The notes: generated from the sequence alone by a model not told the origin. DNA of 41,481 nucleotides from Clostridia bacterium (GCA_045590935.1 JAZNSA010000139.1:1-41481); one strand, 5' to 3'; counted from the stretch's first letter, positions 1 through 8,810 are shown. A program made the numbers and translations.

Positions 1-54
1 ACAGAACGACATGGCTACGATCCGACTTCGCACTATAAAAAGTGCGGTTTATAA
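1..54 (+). CDS. 3' end of an upstream gene (..TERHGYDPTSHYKKCGL*), product unknown
   Basis: Open frame from base 1 to TAA at 52-54; too short to identify. Confidence 0.35.
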   Translation, partial: TERHGYDPTSHYKKCGL

Positions 55-123
55 TTTATAAACATTGTGGTTTGTGTTTTGCAAATTGCGTGTGCCTTGA
101 TTCTATGTGGGAGGTGTATTTAG

Positions 124-294
124 ATGGCATATAAAATCGGAGATGAGTGCATCAGCTGCGGAGCTTGCGAAGCTGAATGTCCTGTAAGCTGTATCTCTGC
201 CGGAGATGACAAGTACGTTATTGATGCAGATGCTTGTATCGATTGCGGAACATGTGCAGGTGTTTGTCCTGTAGGCGCTCCTGTTGAGGAATAA
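124..294 (+). CDS. fdx: Clostridial-type 2[4Fe-4S] ferredoxin, 56 aa (not in ORF track)
   Basis: GGAGGTG RBS, then ATG 124; translation MAYKIGDECISCGACEAECPVSCISAGDDKYVIDADACIDCGTCAGVCPVGAPVEE has two CxxCxxCxxxCP motifs; terminator follows. Confidence 0.96.
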   Translation: MAYKIGDECISCGACEAECPVSCISAGDDKYVIDADACIDCGTCAGVCPVGAPVEE

Positions 295-301
295 TTACGG
301 C

Positions 302-332
302 AAAAAGCGTCAGCGAGAGCTGACGCTTTTTT
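302..332 (+). terminator. Rho-independent terminator after the ferredoxin
   Basis: aaaaagcgtcagc-gaga-gctgacgctttttt. Confidence 0.85.
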
Positions 333-367
333 CGTCTGAGAGAAATTTTGGCAGGGGGTGATTTTTT

Positions 368-1102
368 TTGGCAGAGCGAATTGATGATTTGCAGCTTAAA
401 AACTTAAAAATAATTCAGGATACGGAAAGCTTTTGCTTTGGGATTGATGCGGTACTGCTTTCGTATATGGCGGAAAATTCCAAGGCTGAGCGGATAGTTG
501 ATTTGTGCAGTGGAAACGGAATTGTTGGGATTTTGCTTGCGGGAAAGACTGATGCAAAGGAGATACATTGCGTTGAAATCCAAAAAAAGCAAGCAGATTT
601 GGCAAAGAGAAGTGTTGCCATAAATGAACTTTCGGACAGAGTTTTTGTTCACAATATAGATTTAAAAAATTCTTTTGATGTTTTGGGAAAAGGAGTTTTT
701 GATGCCGTAACCTGCAACCCGCCGTATATGAAGGCGATGGACGGAATTGTAAGCAAGGGCGACGAAATAGCAATTGCGCGTCATGAAATAATGTGCAATT
801 TAGAGGATGTGATTTTTGCGGCAAGCAAGCTGTTGAAATCTAAAGGAAAGCTATTTTTGGTACATAAGCCCGAACGCCTTGTTGATATATTTTGCCTTAT
901 GAGAAAATATAAAATTGAGCCTAAGAAGCTTTGTATGGTACACCCAAGCTCTGCTAAAAAGGCAAACATTGTTTTGGTTGAAGGTGCTTTGGACGGTGGC
1001 AGGGAATTGAAGATGACAGAGCCGATATATGTTTACGATGAAAACGGAAGCTATTCGGATAAAATAAATGAGATATATAGAAGGAATGAGTTAAATGAGT
1101 GA
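368..1102 (+). CDS. tRNA1(Val) A37 N6-methyltransferase (TrmN6/YabB family)
   Basis: FCFGIDAVLL, SAM motif DLCSGNG, NPPY, ARHE; adjacent to rsmI as is common in Firmicutes. Confidence 0.88.
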   Translation: MAERIDDLQLKNLKIIQDTESFCFGIDAVLLSYMAENSKAERIVDLCSGNGIVGILLAGKTDAKEIHCVEIQKKQADLAKRSVAINELSDRVFVHNIDLKNSFDVLGKGVFDAVTCNPPYMKAMDGIVSKGDEIAIARHEIMCNLEDVIFAASKLLKSKGKLFLVHKPERLVDIFCLMRKYKIEPKKLCMVHPSSAKKANIVLVEGALDGGRELKMTEPIYVYDENGSYSDKINEIYRRNELNE

Positions 1103-1925
1103 GTATGGAACGCTTTATTTATGCGCAACACCGATAGGAAATCTTGGAGATATAACAAATAGGTGCCTTGAGGTTTTAAAAAGTGTTGATTTGATTGCCG
1201 CAGAGGATACAAGGCAGACCTTGAAGCTATTAAATCATTTTAATATTGAAACTAAAATGACAAGCTATTATGAGCATAACAAGCAGCAAAAGGGAGCTCA
1301 GCTTATAGAAATGCTTAAAGAGGGAAAGAGCATTGCCGTTGTTTCCGATGCGGGAACGCCTGCAATTTCTGACCCAGGCGAGGATTTAGTAAGAGCTTGC
1401 GTAGAGCAAAATATAAAGGTTAGCCCTGTTCCGGGGGCTGTTGCGGGAATTTGTGCACTTATTTCCTCGGGAATGGCAACGGGAAGGTTTTGCTTTGAGG
1501 GATTTTTGTCTATGAACAGGAGACAGAGAAAGCTTCATTTAGACGAGGTGAAAAAGGAAAGGCGCAGTATGATATTTTATGAAGCGCCTCATAAGCTCAG
1601 GGCAACCTTAAGCGATTTTTATGAAACCTTTGGCAACAGGCGTATATGTCTTGCAAGAGAGATTACAAAAAGGTTTGAGGATATTTGGACAACGGATTTA
1701 AAAGCTGCAATAGAAAAATATGAAAATGAGACACCAAAGGGTGAATTTGTACTTATTATAGAGGGAGCGGCTGATGAGAAAGAGGATTTTTCATCGCTAA
1801 GCGTTGAGGAGCACTTTTTGATGTATATAAAAGGCGGTATGAGCGAAGGTGATGCGATGAAGGCTGTTGCAAAGGATAGGGGAGTTCGCAAAAATGAAGT
1901 TTACGCATTGCTAAAAAAGAAGTAG
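1095..1925 (+). CDS. rsmI: 16S rRNA C1402 2'-O-methyltransferase
   Basis: LYLCATPIGNLGDIT, AAEDTR, SDAGTPAISDPG, FYEAPH, REITK motifs. Confidence 0.96.
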   Translation: MSEYGTLYLCATPIGNLGDITNRCLEVLKSVDLIAAEDTRQTLKLLNHFNIETKMTSYYEHNKQQKGAQLIEMLKEGKSIAVVSDAGTPAISDPGEDLVRACVEQNIKVSPVPGAVAGICALISSGMATGRFCFEGFLSMNRRQRKLHLDEVKKERRSMIFYEAPHKLRATLSDFYETFGNRRICLAREITKRFEDIWTTDLKAAIEKYENETPKGEFVLIIEGAADEKEDFSSLSVEEHFLMYIKGGMSEGDAMKAVAKDRGVRKNEVYALLKKK

Positions 1926-1974
1926 CTATTTAGAACTTTGAATAAAAAAATATGTGAAAATAGCTTAAAGACTA

Positions 1975-2003
1975 TTGACATATTGCAAAGAAAGTGATAT
2001 TAT
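1975..2003 (+). promoter_or_regulatory. Sigma-A promoter for the surface-protein gene trio
   Basis: TTGACA(1975)-17 nt-TATTAT(1998), with TG extension. Confidence 0.6.
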
Positions 2004-2056
2004 TATACAGAACATAGTGTAGTATCTGTTATTGTACTTATTGTAGAGAGGGTGCA

Positions 2057-3256
2057 TTGGGAATGTTTAGGAAAATTATCGGAAGCATTTGCGTTTTGTT
2101 TATGCTGGTATCGGTTGTTTTTAATGCTTCTTTTGCTGAAGAGGAAGCCCCAAAAGCGCATATAGTTTTGGAGATTAGCGAGAAGAGTGATTCAGTAGAC
2201 GTAAGTGTTGCCGTGAAAAATACAAGCTTTGTAGTTATGCAAGCAACATTAAGGTATAATGATAAAGCTATTGTGCCAGTAGATGTAAACGGCGAGGAAA
2301 CAAAAAAGTTTAAGGATTTTGCTTCGTTAAGTGAAGAAGCGGGATTTTTGAGTACGCTTGGCGAAGGATTTGATGCCGAAAGGAAGTTTTTTGAGTTTGT
2401 AGTGTTCGTGATGCCTGAAACGGAAAGCGAATACGTTAATGAAAATTACGAATGCGCTTCGGGTGAAGACGGATTGGTTCTTTATAACTTTAAGTTTAAG
2501 CGGATTGCAGAGGGCGATTGCGGAATTGAGATTGCAAGAAAAGACGAAAGTAAAACATATAATGAAAAATTCCCTCAGGGAATCGGATTGATGGACTTTT
2601 CGGGAAACGATTTGGTTGCAGAGGTAACAACGGTAATAAATGGCGAGGAAAAGGGGTCTGTGTTGCTTGACCCAAGTATGCCTGAGGATAAACTCGCAGA
2701 GGATAAGCCCACAGAGGATAAACCCGCACAGGATAAACCTACGGTTAATTTGCCCGCAGATGAGGAGCTTTCAAGCGCAGAGCGTAAGAAAGATGTTATA
2801 TGCTTAAAGGTTGGCAAGAGTATGACGATTTCCTACGGCTTAAAGAAAAATATAGATGATGAAAATCCTCTTGTTGTTCCATATATTATACATGACAGGA
2901 CGATGGTGCCTATAAGATTTATAAGCGAGGCGCTTGGAGCAGATGTTTTATGGGAGAACGGTTGGAGCGGATGCATAATTAAAAAGGCTGGAAAGGAAAT
3001 AAAGCTTGAGTTTGGCTCGTCAGAGTTCTTTGTTAACGGTGAAAAGTTTTCGTTTGAAGTGCCTGTTGAGGTTGTTCACGACAGAACGATGGTGCCTATA
3101 AGATTTGTTTCGGAGCAGCTTGATTGCGATGTGTATTGGGAGGCTATAAACAGTGCGGTTATTATTTCGCCGAAGGATAATCCTTGGCAGCCCGAAAGAA
3201 AAGCAGAAATTAATGCAATAAATGAGATGCTTTTATCTATTCTTAATATACTTTAA
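2057..3256 (+). CDS. Secreted protein: type II cohesin-like domain, DKP linker and copper amine oxidase N-terminal (stalk) domain
   Basis: Signal peptide; YNDKAIVPVD..YNFKFK..GIGLMDFSGNDL recalls type II cohesins; two HDRTMVPIRF repeats typical of the CAO N-terminal domain; start may be ATG 2063. Confidence 0.7.
   Translation: MGMFRKIIGSICVLFMLVSVVFNASFAEEEAPKAHIVLEISEKSDSVDVSVAVKNTSFVVMQATLRYNDKAIVPVDVNGEETKKFKDFASLSEEAGFLSTLGEGFDAERKFFEFVVFVMPETESEYVNENYECASGEDGLVLYNFKFKRIAEGDCGIEIARKDESKTYNEKFPQGIGLMDFSGNDLVAEVTTVINGEEKGSVLLDPSMPEDKLAEDKPTEDKPAQDKPTVNLPADEELSSAERKKDVICLKVGKSMTISYGLKKNIDDENPLVVPYIIHDRTMVPIRFISEALGADVLWENGWSGCIIKKAGKEIKLEFGSSEFFVNGEKFSFEVPVEVVHDRTMVPIRFVSEQLDCDVYWEAINSAVIISPKDNPWQPERKAEINAINEMLLSILNIL
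2681..2740 (+). repeat. 4 x 15-bp coding tandem repeat (x-E/Q-D-K-P/L linker)
   Basis: cctgaggataaactc gcagaggataagccc acagaggataaaccc gcacaggataaacct. Confidence 0.85.
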
Positions 3257-3323
3257 TATGAAATTTTTTTAAAGAACTATATATTTACATATTGTTAAAA
3301 ATCCTGAAGGGGGATGCAAGAAA

Positions 3324-4166
3324 ATGAAAAAAATGTTATTGGTATTTGCGGTTAGTGTTATGCTGGTATGTTCAGCGGTAGGTGTTTGCGCGGCTGATTA
3401 TTCCGCTGACGAAAAGGGTTTGTATGAAATTGTTTACGAGAGTGAAGATCTTGTAAATGATGCACAGTATGGATTTATTGTAATCAATGGTATGGATGCT
3501 GTTTTAGACCTTAATGAGGAGAATATTTCTGAAGTAGTCCTTTATATTGACCAGGCTGCTGCAAAGGATAATACTCTTGATTTCGGTAAAATCGGCTTAA
3601 AGGACACAGAGGGTACGTTTAAGGGTGCAACTGCCTTTATTGGCGGCGGTGGAAAGCCTGTAACAGCTATAGGAAATCTTTTGGCGAGAAAACCGGAGTT
3701 TGAAATTAAAGGAACAATTAAAGATAATGTAGCGGGAACAAAGAAACTCGCAACTATAACAGTTATGGATGGTGCAACAAAGGTTGCAACAGTTAATTCT
3801 GCTGTTGGTACTGAAAATGTGGAAGAGTTTTCAGTGTTACTTGAGGCTGGAAAGACATATTCTGTTCTTTTTACAAAGGCAGGATATCTTGATATGGAGT
3901 ATAAAGGTGTTACCGTTGATAATGCAGATGTCAATATGGGAGTGATAGATGTGGGAAGTCTTGCAGGTGACGTTGATGGAAGTAATGCAATAGTTTACGA
4001 TGACTTGTCTGCAGTAATTTCTAATTACGGAAAAAAGACATCTGAAGCAACAAATGAAAATGCTGATATAGATTGCAGCGGAGCAGTTATTTATGATGAC
4101 TTATCTTTTATTATTGGTAAGTATGGAAAAGCAAATAAAGATTTTGTAAAGACTTATGCAAATTGA
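3324..4166 (+). CDS. Secreted protein with C-terminal X-module/type II-like dockerin
   Basis: Signal peptide; TKAGYL beta-sandwich, then duplicated Ca-loop/helix repeats GDVDGSNAIVYDDLSAVISNYG and ADIDCSGAVIYDDLSFIIGKYG. Confidence 0.75.
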   Translation: MKKMLLVFAVSVMLVCSAVGVCAADYSADEKGLYEIVYESEDLVNDAQYGFIVINGMDAVLDLNEENISEVVLYIDQAAAKDNTLDFGKIGLKDTEGTFKGATAFIGGGGKPVTAIGNLLARKPEFEIKGTIKDNVAGTKKLATITVMDGATKVATVNSAVGTENVEEFSVLLEAGKTYSVLFTKAGYLDMEYKGVTVDNADVNMGVIDVGSLAGDVDGSNAIVYDDLSAVISNYGKKTSEATNENADIDCSGAVIYDDLSFIIGKYGKANKDFVKTYAN

Positions 4167-4187
4167 TAATTTGGAGGAATAATTATT

Positions 4188-6101
4188 ATGAAAAGAACAT
4201 TTAAAAAGTTGTTTGCAACGGTTTTAACAATTGCTATGATGTTTAATACACTTGGAGTCGTAGCACTTGAAGCCGAAATAAAGGCTCATGTTACTATTAC
4301 AGAAGAAGAAACAGATTTTGATGGCATAAAGAAGCTTGTTTTTTCTGTGGAAACAAGTGATGTTGTTTTTGGAACGAATGTTGTGTTATCATACGATAAG
4401 GCGGCAGTTGCTCCTGTAAATGCATCTAACGGAGAAGATTTGACAATAACTGATAGAAATCTTAAAAAGTCATTTGTTTACTATGCAGACGAAGATTATG
4501 AGTTTACAGGAACAAAGATTTTGTTTTTCGATGGCGAAGACAGAGTTACATTAGCTGCAGGAAGCTATTGTGAGCCTGATGAAGACTATCCTGGTGTAGA
4601 TGCAAGCGAAGGAATGGATTTCTTGGAGTTTTATTTTAGGGTTATAGACAAAAGCAAGCTAAGTGAAGATACCTTTAAAATTGAAACGTCAGGGGAAGGT
4701 TTTGAAGCTATTAATCAGCTTAGCGGTATGAAGATAAATGATGATATAGTTTATAAAAATAAAACAGATGATAATTTAGTTATAGACTCATTCACGTTTA
4801 CAAATGCACCTTTTGTTTCAAATGATGCAACTCTTTCGGCACTTTCATATAGTGTTAGTGGTGCAACGGCAGTTTCGGTTGAGAACTTTGCCGCAGATAA
4901 GCTAAGCTACGTAGTTGATATTGTTGAAGGAACAGCAAATGTTAAGGTTACGGCAGCTTGTAATGATGCTTTTGCAAGTGCAGTTGTAACAGATGCTGAT
5001 TTAAGCGCAGATGTCAAGAAGGCAACAATAGTTGTTACGGCAGAGGACGGAACAACAAAAACTTATGAGATAACATTTAATATTGTTATTCCTGAGATAA
5101 AAGTTTCTGCTAATGCAAATAACGGAACAATAATAGCGAAAATAAACGGAATGGAAGCTGAATGGGAAGGAGTGCATGACAGTTCTTATCCTCGTGGTAC
5201 AACAATTGAGCTTACAGCAATTTCATTGAATGCTGAAGATTATGAATTCTTGTATTGGAAGGATAATACAACAGGCAGAATAGTAACAGATAAAGAGAAA
5301 TTTGAGTTTGTTGTTGGTACAGAAAAGAATTATACGGCAATTTTCGCAGACAGAACAAACGGTAAGGCATATATTGTATTCAGGTCAAACGGAAAAATTC
5401 TTTCTGCGGGATATGTTGGCGACGAGGTTATAGTTCCTGAAGTCCCATATATTGCAGGACATAAATTCAATGGTTGGTATAAAAATGCTGTAGAGAAGGT
5501 TGAAACTCCAGCTCTTGATGTAGATGAAGATACAACTTATTATGCAGGCTTCGTTGTTGAAGAAACAACTTACGAGGTTAAGATTAACGGCGTAGGAGCA
5601 ATGTATAAGTATAACGATAAGGTGGAGGCAAATGCTGAATTGACAAATGGTGAGCAGGTATTTGTATACTGGACTCGTGATGGTAAGATTGTTTCTTATG
5701 AACCAAAATATGTATTCTATGCAAACAGAGAAACAAAGCTTGAGGCTGTTTATGCAAGCGTTGCAGTTGAAAAGAAAGCAGTTGTAACAATTGCTGAGCC
5801 GATTGTTATGAAGGCTGACGGAAAGCTTGCGTTCTATGCAGAGCGTGATATTCCTGAGGATTGTACAATTGTTGAAACAGGTATTATCCTAAATAAGGCT
5901 GCGGACTTTGATGTAAATACAGCTGAGATTCGTGCGGTAGCAAGATATACAACAAATAAGGGACAGTATACAATAAGAAAGGCCAATGTTGAGGCGGGAG
6001 ACACATGGTACGCAAGGGCTTATGTAATTTATGCTGATGCTGACGGTGATATTAAGACAATATACTCAGAAGAGGTTAGCAAAACATTCCCTGAAGAATA
6101 A
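4188..6101 (+). CDS. Secreted surface protein: cohesin-like domain, cadherin-like beta-sandwich, InlB-B-like repeats and conserved C-terminal module
   Basis: Signal peptide; LSYDKAAVAPV..FLEFYFRV cohesin-like; SNDATLSAL..IVVTAEDGTTKTYEI cadherin-like; FLYWKD/FNGWY/FVYWT repeats. Confidence 0.65.
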   Translation: MKRTFKKLFATVLTIAMMFNTLGVVALEAEIKAHVTITEEETDFDGIKKLVFSVETSDVVFGTNVVLSYDKAAVAPVNASNGEDLTITDRNLKKSFVYYADEDYEFTGTKILFFDGEDRVTLAAGSYCEPDEDYPGVDASEGMDFLEFYFRVIDKSKLSEDTFKIETSGEGFEAINQLSGMKINDDIVYKNKTDDNLVIDSFTFTNAPFVSNDATLSALSYSVSGATAVSVENFAADKLSYVVDIVEGTANVKVTAACNDAFASAVVTDADLSADVKKATIVVTAEDGTTKTYEITFNIVIPEIKVSANANNGTIIAKINGMEAEWEGVHDSSYPRGTTIELTAISLNAEDYEFLYWKDNTTGRIVTDKEKFEFVVGTEKNYTAIFADRTNGKAYIVFRSNGKILSAGYVGDEVIVPEVPYIAGHKFNGWYKNAVEKVETPALDVDEDTTYYAGFVVEETTYEVKINGVGAMYKYNDKVEANAELTNGEQVFVYWTRDGKIVSYEPKYVFYANRETKLEAVYASVAVEKKAVVTIAEPIVMKADGKLAFYAERDIPEDCTIVETGIILNKAADFDVNTAEIRAVARYTTNKGQYTIRKANVEAGDTWYARAYVIYADADGDIKTIYSEEVSKTFPEE

Positions 6102-6106
6102 AAATT

Positions 6107-6147
6107 AAAAAAAGCATCTTGCAACTTTATGTGCAAGATGCTTTTTT
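6107..6147. terminator. Bidirectional terminator between convergent genes
   Basis: aaaaaagcatcttgca-8 nt-tgcaagatgctttttt. Confidence 0.85.
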
Positions 6148-6162
6148 ATATAAAATTATAAA

Positions 6163-7101
6163 TTATTCTGCTTTTCCGTCGCAACCTAAAACATTAACAA
6201 TCTTGTCTTTAACCAAATCCTTGATTGCCTCTCTTGCAGGCTTCAGGTACTGTCTTGGGTCAAAATGAGTTGGATTTTCAGCCATATGCTTTCTGATTGC
6301 CGCAGTCATAGCCAAACGAAGGTCAGAGTCTATATTGATTTTACATACTGCGCTCTTTGCCGCCTCACGGAGCATTTCCTCGGGAATGCCGATTGCATCA
6401 GGCATCTCGCCGCCGTTTGAGTTAATCATATCAACATACTTTGGAATAACAGAAGAAGCACCATGCAAAACGATTGGGAAATCAGGAAGCTGCTTCTCAA
6501 CCTCTTTTAAAATATCAAATCTTAGCTGAGGCTTCTGACCCGGTTTGAACTTGTATGCACCGTGACTTGTTCCGATTGCAATTGCAAGCGAATCAACACC
6601 CGTACGAGTAACAAAATCAACAACCTCTTCAGGTCTTGTATACGAAGCATCTTCAGCAGAAACGTTTACATCATCCTCAACGCCTGCAAGTCTGCCAAGC
6701 TCGCCTTCAACAACAGCGCCATGAGCGTGCGCATACTCAACAACCTTTTTTGTAAGCTCAATATTTTCTTCGTAAGGAAGATGAGAGCCATCAATCATAA
6801 CAGATGTAAATCCGCCGTCGATACACGATTTGCAAAGCTCAAAAGAATCACCATGGTCCAAATGAAGAGCTATTGGAAGACCTGTTTCCTCGATTGCCGC
6901 TTCAACAAGCTTAACCAAATATGTGTGATTTGCGTATTTTCTTGCACCGGCTGAAACCTGAAGAATCAAAGGAGCATTAACTTCCTTTGCAGCCTCTGTA
7001 ATACCTTGAATAATTTCCATATTGTTTACGTTAAAAGCACCTACCGCATATCCGCCTTCGTATGCTTTTTTAAACATTTCCTTAGTTGTAACTAATGGCA
7101 T
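6163..7101 (-). CDS. fba: Class II fructose-1,6-bisphosphate aldolase
   Basis: ALHLDHG, SVMIDGS, VEGELG, AIGTSHGAYK, VLHGAS, KINIDSD; start set at ATG 7101 by AGGAG spacing. Confidence 0.96.
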   Translation of the reverse strand: MPLVTTKEMFKKAYEGGYAVGAFNVNNMEIIQGITEAAKEVNAPLILQVSAGARKYANHTYLVKLVEAAIEETGLPIALHLDHGDSFELCKSCIDGGFTSVMIDGSHLPYEENIELTKKVVEYAHAHGAVVEGELGRLAGVEDDVNVSAEDASYTRPEEVVDFVTRTGVDSLAIAIGTSHGAYKFKPGQKPQLRFDILKEVEKQLPDFPIVLHGASSVIPKYVDMINSNGGEMPDAIGIPEEMLREAAKSAVCKINIDSDLRLAMTAAIRKHMAENPTHFDPRQYLKPAREAIKDLVKDKIVNVLGCDGKAE

Positions 7102-7271
7102 TAATATCACTCCTTGAAAAGATTTATAATATAATTATACCACTAAAAGAAAAAAATACAAGTCTTTTGTTAAAAAACTTTCAATCTTTTAAGCTTTTCT
7201 ACTATTTGTAAGAAAATAAATGAGTAAATCAAAAAAATTTGATAAAAATAAAATAAAAATGCAAAAAATAT

Positions 7272-7300
7272 TTGACACATATAAGCTAAGGGAGTATAAT
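7272..7300 (+). promoter_or_regulatory. Consensus sigma-A promoter of the corA leader
   Basis: TTGACA(7272)-17 nt-TATAAT(7295). Confidence 0.85.
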
Positions 7301-7334
7301 AGTAAGTATGAATACAGAAAAGGAGGAGCTTTTT

Positions 7335-7424
7335 ATGGGTGCGGACCCCGATAGTAGAAATTTTAATAATTTAATGCAGAAGGTATGCTGCAAGGCGCAT
7401 AAAAAGATTCCTTTTTATTTGTAG
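7335..7424 (+). CDS. Putative 29-aa leader peptide upstream of corA (MGADPDSRNFNNLMQKVCCKAHKKIPFYL)
   Basis: Strong AGGAGGAG RBS 7321-7328, ATG 7335, TAG 7422-7424, all within the corA 5' leader. Confidence 0.5.
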   Translation: MGADPDSRNFNNLMQKVCCKAHKKIPFYL

Positions 7425-7457
7425 TATGCTTTCTCGCGGAAAGCAGGTGAATTAAAT

Positions 7458-8396
7458 ATGCTTAATATTTATCGTACGAGTGATAAAGAAATTTATAGCG
7501 TAGGACAAGATGAAAATGTTTTCGATTGTTGGTACCATTTGTGTGCGCCAACAAGCTCGGAGCTTCAACAGGTTATCGCACAGACAGGTGCCTCTGCGGA
7601 CTTTTTGCGAGCTTCATTGGACGATGATGAGAGGTCTCGTATAGAAGTTGAGGACGGTCAAACCTTGATTCTGGTTGATACTCCGATTGAAGAAAAGGAT
7701 GATTCAAAAGGGGAATATATAACAATTCCGCTTGGAATAATTATGATGGAGAAATGTCTTATAACGGTTTGCTTAAAGGACCCGCCGCTGATAAGAGATT
7801 TTTACAAGGGCAGAGTTCAGAATTTTTCAACAAAAAAGCATAACAGATTTGTTTTGCAGCTTTTATACAGGAATGCGGCAAAGTTTTTGCACTATTTGCG
7901 CCATATGTATAAAATGAGTATTGATATAGAAAATGAGCTTCATAAGAGTATGAGAAATAAAGAGCTTATAGATATGCTGCAATTGGAAAAAAGCCTTGTT
8001 TATTTTTCAACGTCGCTTAAGGGTAACGAGGTTGTTTTAGAGAGGCTGCTGCGAATGAGCTTTGTAAGAGAATACCCCGATGATACGGATTTGCTTGAAG
8101 ATGTTATTATAGAAAACAAGCAGGCTATTGAGATGTGTACAATTTATCGTGATATTTTGGGCGGAACGATGGATGCCTTTTCATCGGTTATATCGAATAA
8201 TTTGAATATGATTATGAAGGTTTTGACTGTTATAACAATGATTTTAACAATTCCAACTATTATTGCAAGCTTGTGGGGAATGAATGTTCCCGTTCCGTTT
8301 GAGGGCAGTGAGTTTGGTTTTTGGATTGTTATAGGCATTGCCGTTTTGATTTCGGCTGTTGTCGGAGTTGTTTTAAAGTTTAAAAAGATGTTTTAG
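7458..8396 (+). CDS. corA: CorA-family magnesium transporter
   Basis: ERSRIE, SNNLNMIMKVLT, signature WGMNV between two C-terminal TM helices. Confidence 0.93.
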   Translation: MLNIYRTSDKEIYSVGQDENVFDCWYHLCAPTSSELQQVIAQTGASADFLRASLDDDERSRIEVEDGQTLILVDTPIEEKDDSKGEYITIPLGIIMMEKCLITVCLKDPPLIRDFYKGRVQNFSTKKHNRFVLQLLYRNAAKFLHYLRHMYKMSIDIENELHKSMRNKELIDMLQLEKSLVYFSTSLKGNEVVLERLLRMSFVREYPDDTDLLEDVIIENKQAIEMCTIYRDILGGTMDAFSSVISNNLNMIMKVLTVITMILTIPTIIASLWGMNVPVPFEGSEFGFWIVIGIAVLISAVVGVVLKFKKMF

Positions 8397-8424
8397 GCGG
8401 ACTTGATATGATTTTAGAAAGGTT

Positions 8425-8810
8425 ATGAAAACAAGAAACATTGATGAATTGATTCAAAAAATTCAAGCTGCTGTTGATAATCACCGTTTGGAAAATGAAG
8501 GCGAGTATACAAGATTTTTGTGGCAGAACGAAGAAAAAACAAGGAAAATGGATTTGAATGAATATAGTTGTGCAGATGCGGCAAATATTTTGTATACTAT
8601 AAATAATTTCGTTTGCGAGCCTGAAAAGAGGGCAAGCCGGGTTAAAACTTTGCAAAGCTTCCAAAATCCTGAAACGGGCATCTTTGAAGAGGGAACGCAT
8701 CACTTTATACATACAACGGCGCACTTGCTGAGCTGCAGCAGGCGCTAAGAGGTGAAATTGAAACGAAAAAGCTATTAAGGCTTGTTTTGGACAGAAGACC
8801 ATTTATTTAA
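8425..8810 (+). pseudogene. Internally deleted, frameshifted hypothetical gene
   Basis: N-terminal frame runs to ..HFIHTTAH and stops at 8748; a second frame 8724-8810 reads LAELQQALRGEIETKKLLRLVLDRRPFI*, a protein-like C-terminus ending just before the terminator. Confidence 0.6.

Noticed and set aside
2057-6101. Classical cellulosome scaffoldin cluster
   Set aside because: No tandem type I cohesins, CBM3 or glycoside hydrolase domains are recognisable
7167-7184. Rex-like box upstream of fba (TTGTTAAAAAACTTTCAA)
   Set aside because: The right half-site is poor and the context is very AT-rich, so a chance match is likely
7301-7457. M-box (ykoK) riboswitch upstream of corA
   Set aside because: No recognisable M-box conserved segments or terminator; a uORF with a strong RBS explains the leader better. 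An Rfam scan would settle it
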